DNA from: Mobula hypostoma
Lineage: Eukaryota
Length of the DNA stretch: 64,000 nt
Assembly (NCBI RefSeq): GCF_963921235.1
Contig: NC_086100.1
Coordinates: 160,952,001 to 161,016,000 of the forward strand
Direction: 5' to 3'
Below are positions 12,876 to 24,774 of the stretch, in pieces. Numbering within the stretch: position 1 is the first letter of the stretch; each line of letters opens with the position of its first letter. A model generated the notes under the pieces. The model searched no databases. It saw only the letters and a list, made by a program, of their open reading frames with translations, and had not been told where the DNA came from. A program made the position numbers and the translations under genes.

Positions 12876-13944
12876 CTTTAAAAATGTCACCCACACTAGT
12901 GGGTCTGAGTCACCCATAGGAACAGCGACTTCCTGTGAGTCACTGGGTAGCTATAGGTTTTACCCAATACAGAATAGGAAAGAAAAGTAAATTTCCTTTC
13001 TGAAAAGAGGTGGTGAATTTCAATAGGTCTTTCCGATAATCCAGCAGCTTTGTGGTCTCAGTTAACTGATGACTATTTTTGCTCCTCCAGGCTATTGATT
13101 TTGAATTTAAATTCCACATCTACTGCATTGGGATTCGAATTCCAGTCTACAGACCTTTCATCCCGTGCCTTACTCACCATGTCGCCATCGGACCTGCTGA
13201 TGTAATCTGCCACAGGTTACACTAACTCATTGTGCTATTTAGCAAGGTGCACACAGCTGCAGGCTATAACTAAATCGAGAATAAGTTAGAGAAGATGTTC
13301 TCTGTGTTTTTAGCAGAGATCTATGTCCATTATAAGTTCTTGCCCTGCGTCAATGTACCTGTCTTTCAACTGACTTGCTGAGTATTTTTTTAATTACTGC
13401 ATTATTCCACATGGGTGCTGATTCAAACAATAAAATGAGAGTTTGACTGAACATGACAACATTGTATTCCATAACAAACTCTAACTCTTGAAAAAAAAGT
13501 GTGACAACACAGTTGACAGTAAAAGCTTAATGAAGTTGCTCCATGTTATACATTTGGCATTTACTCCCAAAGAATTATACTTCAAGAGGAGCAGCTGGCC
13601 AGAGCACACTCGGGTCCTGAGATGACTTGGGCTCCATTGTGATGAAGTCAGATGCATACTGTACATAATGTTCCATGTTCGACTTGGCAAGGCAGCTCGG
13701 GTACATATCATCCTGAGTAACCTGTTAATTCTCCAACTGTCTATGAGCCTCCTGTGCCACATTGGCTTACATATATACAGATAGAGAGACTGAATTCTGA
13801 GTAATCATTGATACCTTCATTGATGTGTGGGATAGGATGGGGCTTAGATTCCATACCTGTAAGTCAAAGGTCTTCTGTCACCATGCTTCCATTGCACACT
13901 AGTGCTATTCAGGGTCTAGGTGTAAGTCTATGTCCTAACTGGCC

Positions 13945-14034
13945 TTATAGAGGTATAGAAAATAATGTTGGGCATGGACAAGGAGAATACTCACAGTCTT
14001 TTTCCCAGGGTTAGGGAGCCTAAAACTAAAGGGC
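13945..14034 (+). mobile_element. Short old CR1 RT C-terminal fragment
   Basis: tagaggtatagaaaataatg…ctttttcccagggttaggg…aaaactaaagggca corresponds to the EVYKIM…LFPR…KTRGH region. Confidence 0.65.
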
Positions 14035-14859
14035 AAACAACAGGAATTCAAGCAACACATATCAAAGTTGCTGGTGAATGCAGCAGGCCAGGCAGCATCT
14101 CTAGGAAGAGGTACAGTCGACGTTTCAGGCCGAGACCCTTCGCCAGGACTAACTGAAGAAAGAGTTAGTAAGAGATTTGAAAGTGGGAGGGGGAGGGGGA
14201 GATCCAAAATGATAGGAGAAGACAGGAGGGGGAGGGATGGAGCCAAGAGCTGGACAGGTGATTGGCAAAGGGGATATGGAGAGGATCATGGGACAGGAGG
14301 TCCGGGGAGAAAGACGGGTGGGGGGGAACCCAGAGGATGGGCAAGGGGTATAGTCAGGGGGACAGAGGGAGAAAAAGGAGAGCGAGAGAAAGAATGTGTG
14401 TATAAAAATAAATAACGGATGGGGTACTAGGGGGAGGTGGGGCATTAGCGGAAGTAAGAGAAGTCAATGTTCATGCCATTAGGTTGGAGGCTACCCAGAC
14501 GGAATATAAGGTGTTGTTCCTCCAACCTGAGTGTGGCTTCATCTTTACAGTAGAGGAGGCCGTGGATAGACATGTCAGAATGGGAATGGGATGTGGAATT
14601 AAAATGTGTGGCCACTGGGAGATCCTGCTTTCTCTGCGTCCGGTGCTCCCGATGTATACTACACATGTCCTTACACTTCCTCCCTTACCACCATTCAGGG
14701 CCCCAGACAGTCCTTCCAGGTGAGGCGACACTTCACCTGTGAGTCGGCTGGGGTGATATACTGTGTCCGGTGCTCCCGATGTGGCCTTCTGTATATTGGC
14801 GAGACCTGACGCAGACTGGGAGACCGCTTTGCTGAACACCTACGCTCTGTCCACCAGAG
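14035..14859 (-). mobile_element. Penelope-like element 3' end: pLTR, 3' UTR and GIY-YIG endonuclease fragment with internal inversion
   Basis: Minus 14445-14636 encodes RKQDLPVATHFNSTSHSHSDMSIHGL…LRLEEQHLIFRLGSLQPNGMNIDF*. Plus 14656-14859 encodes the upstream part YTCPY…FTCESAGVIYCVRCSRCGLLYIGET*RRLGDRFAEH (GIY-YIG). pLTR with hammerhead-like motif at 14115-14150. Confidence 0.93.
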
Positions 14860-16354
14860 GGAGGAGATTGCTGAGCCTCTGGCAATGATCTTTGCATCAT
14901 CAATGGGGATGGGAGAGGTTCTGGAGGACTAGAGGGTTGTGGATGTTGTTTCCTTATTCATGAAAAGGGGTAGAGATAGCCCAGGAAATTATAGACCAGT
15001 GGTTAGTAAGTTGATGGAGAAGATCCTGAGAGGCAGGATTTATGAACATTTGGAGAGGTATAACATGATTAGGAACAGTCAGCATGGCTTTATCAAGGGC
15101 AGATCATGCCATATGAGCCTGACTGAATTTTTTGAGGATGTGACTAAGCACATTGATGAAGGAAGAGCAGTAGATGTAGTGTATATGGATTTCAGCAAGG
15201 CACTTGATAAGGTACCCCATGCAAGGCTTATTGAGAAAGTAAGGAGGCATGGGATCCAAGGGGACATTGCTTTGTGCATCCAGAACTGGCTTGCCCACAG
15301 AAGGCAAAGAATGGTTGTAGACGGGTCAGATTCTGCATGGAAGTCGGTGACCAGTGGTGTGCCTCAGGGATCTGTTCTGGGACCCCTGCTGTTTGTGACT
15401 TTTATAAATGACTTGGATGAAGAAGTGGAGGAATGGGTTAGTAAACTTGCTGAGGACACGAAGGTTGGGGGGGGCAGTTGTGGATAGTGTGGAGGGCTGT
15501 CAGAGGTTACAGTGGGACATTGATAGGATGCAAAATGGTGCTGAGAAGTGGCAGATGGAGTTCAACCCAGATAAATGTGAGATGATTCATTTTGGTGGGT
15601 CAAATATGGCAGAATATAGTATTAATAATAAGACTCTTGGCAGTGTGGATGATCAGAGGGATCTTAGGGTCAGAGTCCATAGGACGCTCAAAGCAGCTGC
15701 ACAGGTTGACTCTGTGGTTAAGGAGGCATACGATGCATTGGCCTTCATCAATCATGCAATTGAATTTAGGAGCCGAGAGGTAATGTTGCAGCTATATAAG
15801 ACCCTGGTTAGACCCCACTTGGAGTATTGTGCTCAGTTCTGGCTGCCTCACTACAGGAAGGATGTGGAAACCATAAAATGGGTGCAGAGGAGATTTACAA
15901 GAATGTCGCCTGGATTGGGGAGCATGCCTTATGAAAACATGTTGAGTGAACTCAGCCTTTTCTCCTTGGAGCGACGGAGGATGGGAGGTGACCTGATAGA
16001 AGTGTATAAGATGATGAGAGGCATTGATCATGTGGATAGTCAGAGGCTTCTTCTCACGGCTGAAGCGGCTGCCACAAGAGGGCACAGGTTTAAGGTGCTT
16101 GGAAGTAGGTACAGAGGAGATGTCAGGGGTAAATTTTTTTACACAGAGAGTGGTGAGTGCGTGGAATGGGCTGCCGGCAATGGGAGTGGAGGCGAATACG
16201 ATAGGGTCTTTTAAGAGACTTTTAGACAGGTACATGGAGCTTAGTAAAATAGAGGGCTATGTGTAACCCTAGTAATTTCTAAGGTAGGGATGTGTTCGGC
16301 CCAACTTTGTGGGCCGAAGGGCCTCTATTATGCAGTAGGTTTTCTATGTTTCTA
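14857..16354 (+). mobile_element. 5'-truncated CR1 LINE (RT + 3' end), frameshifted
   Basis: PGNYRP…[11 protein letters not shown]…[14 protein letters not shown]…[11 protein letters not shown]…LYKTLVRPHLEYC. 3' end gggccgaagggcct…ttctatgtttcta. Confidence 0.95.
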
Positions 16355-16520
16355 AACAACGTGCAAAAGGGTGCAAACTGTCCAAATTAAAAAAGTGAAT
16401 AATACTGAGAACATGACTTTATAGTCTTTGAAAGTGAGTCCAGAGTTTGTGGAATCAGTTCAGTATTGAAGTGAGTGAAATTATCCACACCAGTTCAGGA
16501 ACCTGATGGTTGAGGAGTTT
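16355..16520 (-). mobile_element. Rex1-type 3' UTR fragment
   Basis: gagaacatga…ttgaaagtgagtcc…cagttcag…ttcaggaacctgatggttgagg is similar to 4900-5020. Confidence 0.65.
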
Positions 16521-16645
16521 AATATCTCCACTGTGCCAGCATGTCATCAGAACAAATTAGTTTGCCCTGGTAAAGACCTTAGTCCTTACACCTTGCTAAT
16601 GGTTACCAAGCAACATTGATCCCTGCCCGTCCCTAAGCTTTTGAG

Positions 16646-17548
16646 AATCAGTATCAGGTTTAATGTCATGAGCATATGTCGTGAAATCTGTTGTTTTTGC
16701 AGCAGCAGTACATTGCAATACATAATAATAAAAACTGAATTACAGTAAATATATTTGTATAATAGTTAAATTAAATAAGTAATGTAAAAAAATAGTGAGA
16801 TAGGCTTCATGGGTTCAATGTCCATTCAGAAATCGGATGGCAGAGGGGAAAGAAGCTGTTCCTGAATTGATAAGTGTGTGCATTCAAACTCCTGTACCTC
16901 CTTCCTGGTGGTAGCAATGAGAAGACATCATATCTAGGGTGATGGGGGTCCTTAATGATCATTGTCTCCTTTTTGAGGCATCAGTCTTTGTAGATGTTTT
17001 TGGTGCCACAGAGGCTAGTCCCCATGATGGTGCTGACTGAGCTCACAACTGTTTGCAGCTTCTTTCGATCCTGTTCGGTAGCCCACCCCCCACCTCCCCA
17101 AACCCCATACCAGACAGTCATACAGCCAGTTAGAGTGCTCTCTATGGTACATCTGTAGAAATTTGCGCGTGTCCTTTGTGACATACCAAATCTCCTCTAG
17201 CTCTTAATGAAATATAGTTGCTGTCATGCCTTTTTTGTAACTGCATCAACATATTGGGCTGAGAATAAATCCTCAGAGATGTTGATATCTCGGAACTTGA
17301 AATTGCTCACCTTTTCCACTTCTGATCCCTCTCTGAGGACTGGTATGTGTTCCCTCGCCTTACCCTTTCTAAACTCCACAGTCAGTTCTTTGGTCTTACT
17401 GATGTTGAGTGCAAGGTTGTTGCTTCAACACCACTCAACCTGCTGATCTATCTTGCTCCTGTGCACTCTCGTGTCTCCATCTGATATTCTGCCAACACTG
17501 GTTGTATCGTCAGCAAATTTATAGATAGCATTTGAGCTGTGCAAACAC
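16646..17548 (-). mobile_element. Rex1/Babar-type LINE running into the assembly gap
   Basis: SSNAIYKFADDTT.VG, NFYRCTIESTLTGCMTVWYG. 3' end agaatcagtatcaggtttaat. Confidence 0.9.
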
Positions 17549-17691
17549 NNNNNNNNNNNNNNNNNNNNNNNNNNNNNNNNNNNNNNNNNNNNNNNNNNNN
17601 NNNNNNNNNNNNNNNNNNNNNNNNNNNNNNNNNNNNNNNNNNNNNNNNNNNNNNNNNNNNNNNNNNNNNNNNNNNNNNNNNNNNNNNNNNN
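17549..17691. other. Assembly gap (143 N)
   Basis: Run of n characters. Confidence 1.
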
Positions 17692-17776
17692 CCACTCTCT
17701 CTCCCCCTCTCTTCCCCCCTCTCTTTCCCCCTCTCTCTTTCCCTCTCTCTCTTTCCCCCTCTCTCTCTCCCCCCCC
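17692..17776. repeat. C/T simple repeat abutting the gap
   Basis: Repeated ctctctcttcccc-like units. Confidence 0.9.
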
Positions 17777-18856
17777 ACACATTTCTTTTCAAACTTAAAA
17801 AAATTGCCAACTAATTGAAAATCATTGAGTTTCTACATCCCGTGTCAATGAATCTGACCAGAAACCAACAGACAATGAACAGGACTATGACACATGTCTC
17901 CTTCCCTCAGTTCTTCCAAATCTCTCCATACAATCTCAAAAAGTGCATAATTTTATCATTCTGGATTGTGTAAGCTTGAAGCTGTTGCTGTGCAAATTTT
18001 ATTCTTGTTGCATTATTCATATAGTTTCCAATGATGGACCAGCATGGTACGAAAGACTTAGGCCAGAAAACATAGAATGAGCAACCCCAGTATTTGCAGC
18101 ACCGCTTTACTGGGTTGTTAACTTGCCCAGCAGAGCAGTAACAGTTAGAAAATGGACAGAGTCCAATGTTGGCAAATGACATTTGCAAATCAAAAATACT
18201 CATTCACTGCTGTATTTGTCTTTGCAGATGTTTTCCAGATAGAGTTGGCATTCTACTGAAACCTCTTGCCCAAATCATCTTGCTTTAGTGCTTCAGTTTT
18301 GGCTTTGGTGTTTAAGCCAGTAAAGTTCCAGCAGTAATATTTATCTGTTTAGATTTGTCTTACTGTAGCCAAGAAATTCTCAGGAAAAGCACAATGTTCC
18401 ATGGTAGGATTTTTCCAGAAACTGACAGTGAAACATGGTCTGGTATGTGCTCAGTTGTTCACACACCTGAGGTTTTCCTTTTGGCCTCCCCTGTGGGTAT
18501 AACATGCAAGCACACACGGGGCCATCCACGTTTGTGCAGAAGTACCCAATGCACTTCCATGCATTAAATTCACATATGTAATCCATGAATGGAAAGGGCC
18601 CTTCACCTAGAGGTAAAACTTCAGAAGAACAACTTCAAAGCAACTTAATTTCTGTCTTCTAGTGCTACCTGAGTGGCAATTGCAAAATCTTTCTTTGGCC
18701 ACATAGATGAGCTTGTTGGTAGATTAGTTAGCTGTTAACTGCCCCTTCTCTAGATGGCTGGCGAGAGGATTGGGGATGTAAATAGTCATGTGAAAGATAA
18801 TAGGTTACATGGAAATAGGTGAGGGGATGGAATTACTGTGATCCTCTGAGAGGTAA

Positions 18857-18901
18857 ACACCAGGAATTCGGCAGATGCTGGAAATTCAAGCAACACACAT
18901 A
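18857..18901 (-). mobile_element. 45-bp PLE 3'-terminal micro-insertion with 9-bp TSD
   Basis: gagaggtaa at 18848-18856 and 18902-18910 flank acaccaggaattcggcagatgctggaaattcaagcaacacacata, the reverse complement of the pLTR 3' end at 35820-35864. Confidence 0.85.
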
Positions 18902-19093
18902 GAGAGGTAATATAGATTTGATGGGCTGAATAGATTCCTTCGCCTTAATGAGGTTACATATATCTCTGTGTCACTTTAGTGAGCTGGTATTCAAATTGCT
19001 GAATTGTCTTGTTTTCTGCTGCTGCATACAGATTTGAAATTTGATTATGTGTAGAGTTTTTGACCTAAGTTTGATATCATTCCTCTTTCTAAG

Positions 19094-19298
19094 GTCTGTG
19101 TTTACAAAGGAAGGTGAACATGGGGAGCTTAGACCTGCTCGGAACAACCAATGGCCTGGTGGGACATCTTCAGACTGCTCCTTTCTGAGGGAGGAAGAGA
19201 GCGTTGGTGGTCTGGACCCATTGTCGTTGCGACTCATGATGCAGGACTGTACAGCAGTAAAGACCATGCTTCTCAAGCTAAAGAGAATTCTACAGGAG
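19094..19298 (+). CDS. CCSER1: Internal coding exon of serine-rich coiled-coil domain-containing protein 1 (CCSER1/FAM190A)
   Basis: Polypyrimidine tract and acceptor (atcattcctctttctaAG, 19092-19093), donor GTaatc at 19299. Open frame from phase 2 to phase 0: SVFTKEGEHGELRPARNNQWPGGTSSDCSFLREEESVGGLDPLSLRLMMQDCTAVKTMLLKLKRILQE. The C-terminal part matches, from memory, the vertebrate CCSER1 motif RLMLQDCTAVKTLLLKMKRVLQE. Confidence 0.85.
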
Positions 19299-19334
19299 GT
19301 AATCATTAAATTCTTTCACACTTTCAGGGACAAT

Positions 19335-19540
19335 TGGTAATTGGTTTATTATTGTCCCATGTGCTGTGTTGCAGTGGAAAGCTTTGTTTTGCATGTCACC
19401 TAGACAGATCATTCCAAACGTAAGTATATTGATGCAGTACAAAGTGGGAAAACAATAACAAAATGCATAATATTGTGTTACAGTTCCAGAGAAAATGCGA
19501 TGCATATAGCTAAATAAGGAGTAAGGGCCCTGAATAGGTA
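19335..19540 (-). mobile_element. Old Rex1-type 3' UTR fragment just downstream of the exon
   Basis: ttggtttattattgtc…cagtggaaagctttgttttgcatg…cagatcatt…aaaacaataacaaaatgca. Similar fragments at 27860-28190 and 62840-63010. Confidence 0.55.
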
Positions 19541-19744
19541 GGTTGGTCAGACTCATTTTGAAGAATGAAGGACATTACCCCCTGACTATGGAGCAATGTT
19601 TCTCATATTTCCATATTTCCTTATGACACCAAAGAGAACATTTGAGTCTACGCGAGCTATCGGAGAGTTCCCTTTAGTCCAATCACATTCGATTCTGCCA
19701 CTCATTCTCTTTTATCTACCCAACAATGTCTCCCTGATGCATTC

Positions 19745-19950
19745 ACTACATACCTAAGCTAGAGTAATTTACAGTCATTAAGATCTGTATCAATCAACAC
19801 ATCTCTGGGATGTAGGAGGAAACTGGAACACATAGAGAAAACCCACACAGTCACTGGAGAATGTAAAAAATCCACACAGACAGCACCAGAAGTTAGAATT
19901 GAATCCATCCATGGGATGGCTACATTACCTACAGCTTCACTGTTCAGCAC
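19745..19950 (-). mobile_element. tRNA-derived SINE (V-SINE/HE1-like)
   Basis: ggaggaaactgga…aaacccacacagtcactggagaatgt…tccacacagacagcacc…aattgaatcc is the reverse-complement V-domain/B-box arrangement. Homologous to 43690-43870. Confidence 0.7.
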
Positions 19951-20730
19951 AGGACTTGAATTAAATTATCCCAGTATTAATAAATTAAACTTTGCTTTCA
20001 ATTATTTTAATTTCTGAGAAATTATCTTAGAGCTATTGTTATTCTATTATAAAGGCAGAGTACGACAATGCAGAAACTGATTTAATTCTCTATATCCTAG
20101 GGTGCCCAGTAATAGCATAATATCAGATGATTACTATTGCAATTTGTTTGTCCCATTACGGAAGTTATTATTCAACATGACAAAGCTAGTATTCATGCTT
20201 CGTGTTAAACCCTTGGCAGAATTTAAAGAGAAATATGTTTTACAAGCCAGATTTTGTTTGTTGGTTTTCCAGGTTTACTTCCGATAATAGTTTGCTACAG
20301 TTACTGAATATTTCAGCAGTATTTTCAACATTGTTCTGTTTTACATTTTCCGTGGTGTCCTGAGAGCAGAGCAAAGCTCTCTTCTGCGACACTAGTATTA
20401 CCCATCACTGAGCAACTCTTTATGAACCATTTGTTCCACTAGGACAAAGCACAAATACAGTATGTTCAGGCTGTGCGTCAATCAAACTGTTTAACTGTTT
20501 TTTACCTGTTTCGAAAGAAATCTTGAATTAGATACACCAATTTTAATAATTTTAAGTATGCTTGATTATCAGAATAATTTATAACTAATGAAACTACTAA
20601 TTTTTTGAAACTGATTAGTTTCATTATTTCTATATTTGCTATTGACAAGATATTTATCTGATGGTTCTTACAAACCAATTTGGAATGATTAATGCATTGA
20701 ATATGTTGCAAAATACAAGTTATTGTTTGA

Positions 20731-20850
20731 TATCAGAATCAGGTTTACAATCACTAACATGTCATGAAATTTGTTTTTATTTTGCAGTAATACAGTGCAA
20801 GGCATAAAAATTACTAAACATTACAAAATAAATAAGTAGTACAAAAGATC
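20731..20850 (-). mobile_element. Rex1-type 3' tail fragment
   Basis: atcagaatcaggttta…catgtcatgaaatttgtt…tacagtgcaa. Confidence 0.7.
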
Positions 20851-21409
20851 AAAAGAATTTACATACAATTATAATTAAAAATAGAACGTGCATCTACATA
20901 ACATATGACACATTCTTACCAGAATGCCCAAAGTGACATAAGGCAAATTTTCAGTATTGTTTTTCAGTGGAGGTACATAGTAGACAATTTGTGTACTCTA
21001 ATTTCTTATAGACTACAATTTGATGAAGACTCGATAAATTGTGAAGAATAAATATTGACCAGACACAAGGAGAAAACTAACTTTCAAATTTGTTTACTTC
21101 ATTTGATAGGGCATATAGTGCTTCAACTTAAAATGTCTAACAAATGGCCACACTTCTATCAGTGTAGCACTCCAATACTATCCTGGAGCAGCAGCCTAGA
21201 CTTTTTGCTGAAATATTTGGATTTGGACTTGACCTCAGAATATTGTTATTCAAAGAAAAGAGTTCATTCTTTGACACACCACCAGAACCTTGTCTCAATC
21301 ACTGTTGTATTTTTGTGGATTTGAAAGAAATCAAATATTATAGGAAATGCTTTTTATTGATTATTATCAGTATCTATTGATCTGGGTGCAACTTACTTCA
21401 GCTACCAAA

Positions 21410-23080
21410 ATAGACAGATAGATAGATTCTTTATTGATCCCAAAGGAAATTGCAGTGTCACAGTAGTATTACAAGTGCACAGATATACAGATATTAGAAG
21501 AGAAGCAGAAAGAAAAAAAAATAAGTTAACACAAACGGTCTAGCAGGAGGAGGTCTTCATTCCCACAGCGATAGATTGACATATTATAGAGCTTAAGAGC
21601 CAAGGGTAAGAGTAACCTCATATAGCACTCTTTGGAGCAGCGCAGTTGTCTTAGTCTATTACTAAAAGTGTTCTTCTGTACGGCCAAGGTGGCATGCAGA
21701 GGGTGAGAAACATTGTCCAGAATTGCCGAGATTTCTGTAGGATCCTTTGTTATACCACAGCCTCCAATGTGTCTAGTTTGACACCCTGTAACAGAGCCAG
21801 CCATTCTAATCGGTTCACCCATTGCTCCAGCACAGCACCACATAAAAGATTGTATTGGTGACAACAGACTGGTAGACCACGCAATGGAGCAGCCTGCATA
21901 CTGCAAAGGATCTCAGTCTCCTGAGAGGCAACTCTGGTCCTTCTTGTACACAGCCTCTGTGTTGGTGTTCCACTCAAGTTTATCATCCAAGTGCACCCCC
22001 AGATACTTGTAGGTCCTCACTATCAATAGTAACAGGGAGTAGTGCAGGCTTAGTCTTCCTAAAGTCCATCACCATCTCCCTTGTCTTACTGATGTTGAGC
22101 TGCGGATGATTCAGCTTCACCATTTAACAAGGTCCTCTACCAGGCCCCTGTATTCTCCCTCCTATCCTCTCTTTATATACCCAAATATTGCTGAGTCATC
22201 AGAGAATTTCTGCAGTTGACATGACTCAGTGGTGTATGTAAAGTCTGATGTATACAGGTTAAACAGGAAGGGAGCCAATACAGTCCCCTGTGGGGCCCCA
22301 GTGCTGCTTATAGCCATGTCTGGCACACAGCTGTGAAGCTGCACAAACTGTAGTCCGCCAGTCCATTATCCAGGATACAATGGAAGCGCCAGCCTGCATT
22401 GGATGGAGATTCTCCCCCAGCAATGAGGGCACCTGGAAAATCAAAAAACATGAACCTTGCAGTGCTGTCTTGCTTATCCAAATGAGAGTAGGCTCTGTTC
22501 AGCGGGTAGGTGACAGCATCATTGAGTTCAGTGACCTCCTGATAGACAAAAACTGCAGGGGATCGAGGGCTGATCTGGCCAGGGGTCAGAGGTGAGCCAG
22601 GACCAGCCTTTCTAGGTTCTTTATGATGTGTGAGGTCAGGGCCACTAGACAATAGTCAGTCAAGACTTTTGGTTGGTCCTTCTTGGGTACTGGCACTACA
22701 CATGATGCTTTCCACACAGTCGGGACCCTTTCCAGGCTGAGACTCAGGTTGAAAATGCATTGGAGAACTCCACACAGCTGCTCAGCACAATCTTTCAGGA
22801 GCAGGGATTTACACCATCCAGTGCCAGTGCTTTGCCATGTCTGAGTTCTCTCAGAGCCCTTCTCACCTGCTCAGTAGTGACGGTGAGTCCATGATGACTA
22901 AAGAGTTGGAAGGGACTGGGGGAAGGTGAAGATCGGGATGACAGCAGCTGGTACGTGGAGGTATGGATGGTAGCTGCAGGGCAAAGAGGGGATATAGACA
23001 GTGGTAGCCTGTGGTGCTCATCCATGTGTTGAACTGAAGGGAGGAAGAAGACTGGTGTTGGTGCTGAGAGAGTATTGGAT
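21410..23080 (-). mobile_element. Rex1/Babar-type LINE RT region, degenerate
   Basis: STGAPQGTVLAPFLFNLYTSDF…LQKFSDDSAI (22162-22344), RAYSHLDK…MFFDF and ILDNVSHPLH. (CTAT)n-type tail at 21410-21427. Confidence 0.92.
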
Positions 23081-23261
23081 GCCTCAACACCTGGACTGGT
23101 GTGCTAAGAGGGGTGTGAACAGGAGGCCAATTGTCAAACCTATCAAAAAATTGGTTTCAAGAAATAGTTTATTGATTCACCTTCTTTACTTTATCAAATT
23201 CACTACAATTATTCCACTTCCAAGTTTCTTTTCCTTGTGTGAAGAGACTCTTGATAAGAAT

Positions 23262-23525
23262 CTGAATCAGGGTTTAATATCATTGGCATATGTCATGAAA
23301 TTTGTTATTTTGTGGCAGCAGTACATTGCAATACATAATAATAAAAAGTATAACTTGCAATGTAAAGTATATATGAAAATAATTAAATTAAATAAGCAGT
23401 GCAGAAAGAAGGGAAAAATACTGCGATAGTATTCATGGGTTCAATGTCCATTCAGAAGTCTGAAGGAGGAGGAGAAGAAGCTGTTCCTGAAATGTTGAGT
23501 GGGTGTCTTCAGGCTCCTGTATCCT
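23262..23525 (-). mobile_element. Rex1-type 3' fragment
   Basis: Collinear with 16646-16900 (gaatcagggtttaat…gaagaagctgttcctga). Confidence 0.8.
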
Positions 23526-24774
23526 GTAAAAGATGATCCATCGTGAAATGTAACCCCCTTCCTCTTCCTCTTTCATTGCACCCAAAATAACTATTTAAAC
23601 GATTTTCTGATTTTACAACATTTCTGCTTGCCAACATAGCAGCTTCCAGATGGAACTTGTTGAATATTCTCAATCTGTTTGTAGACTTCCTGAAAGATAT
23701 TAATTCTCTTTTGGATTATCTAGTTTGTGTGGCTTATATTGTTAACTCCATAATTAGCATGATACAAAATTAGTCCGATAGCTTCTCAGTTATAATTTCA
23801 AGGTAAAAAGCAATCAGTGTGTTTACACTGCAGGCATCATTTGAGTTGCTAATTCGAATGTTCCTGTATCTCCACTGGGAAATATTCTCTCAAAGATGCT
23901 TCATCAGCAAAATTTGCTGCTTTAGAATAATTTGTAAAAGAGCCATCACGTTTCACAGCATGGAAACATGCCATTTGGCCCAACTGTTCCACACAGATCA
24001 AGATTCCCATCTAAGCAAATCCTATGTGTGTGTGTTTGGCTCCTATTCCTTCAAACCTTTCCTATCTAAGTACCTTTTTAATGCTGTTATTGTACATGCT
24101 CAATGACTTTCTCTGGCATGACGTTCCATGGTGTATTCTGGTGTCTTCCAAATCATTTAATTCTAAAGCTCTAAAATTTTGTGTGCTGAACAAAGCAGTC
24201 TTTTTTGGTGACAGTGTCAGATAAGGGTAAATCTTTTGCCCAAGCTTTCCACATGAAGTAAGAGTGTCTGAGTTTTCCTAATCCATCCTTGTGAACTCTT
24301 TTGTCAGGAGTTATATTGATGCTGAAGGAAAATTTCTGAAGCCTTGGTGGAGCAGAAGGGGATTGATGACTTCTTCACAGGGCTTCTTTTGCACTGCTGC
24401 ACTCTTGGCCTTGAAAGATCCTCAGTTGTGGCTTAAATGTGAATCTAACTGTTGTGCCATGAATCTCCTGCTGGGCTGTTCTGCCTGATGGGGATTGCTG
24501 AACTAATAGTTCCAGCAACACTGCTATTGGTAGAGTTGAGAGCCTGGAATCTCATCCAAAAATTAACTGGATTATTTAAGTATCTGTTAATAGCACAAAC
24601 TTGTTAATGCTGTCTGGATTCTAAATAGCTAGTAGAAGGGATTATATGAGTTGCATTTCCTGTCTCTGAAATTTAGAGGGTAGAGTGGTGGTTTGCTTGA
24701 TTCTTTTCTGGTGGACTATCACTCCAACAATCTACTGTTCTTGGTTTGAGGTTGTGTATTAAAATAATTGGAAG

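Noticed and set aside
14035-16360. aaacaac at 14035-14041 and 16354-16360 as the TSD of one PLE-CR1 chimeric insertion
   Set aside because: Only 7 bp, identical to the normal PLE terminus, and the outer flanks belong to different elements (CR1 left, Rex1 right). Not supportable.
17425-17814. Several ORFs spanning the X run
   Set aside because: Artefacts of the 143-N gap and the adjacent CT repeat.
19041-19340. The 99-aa ORF as a single-exon gene, or assignment to CCSER2
   Set aside because: Splice signals delimit 19094-19298 and the flanking codons are intronic. The QDCTAVKT motif matches my recollection of CCSER1 rather than CCSER2.
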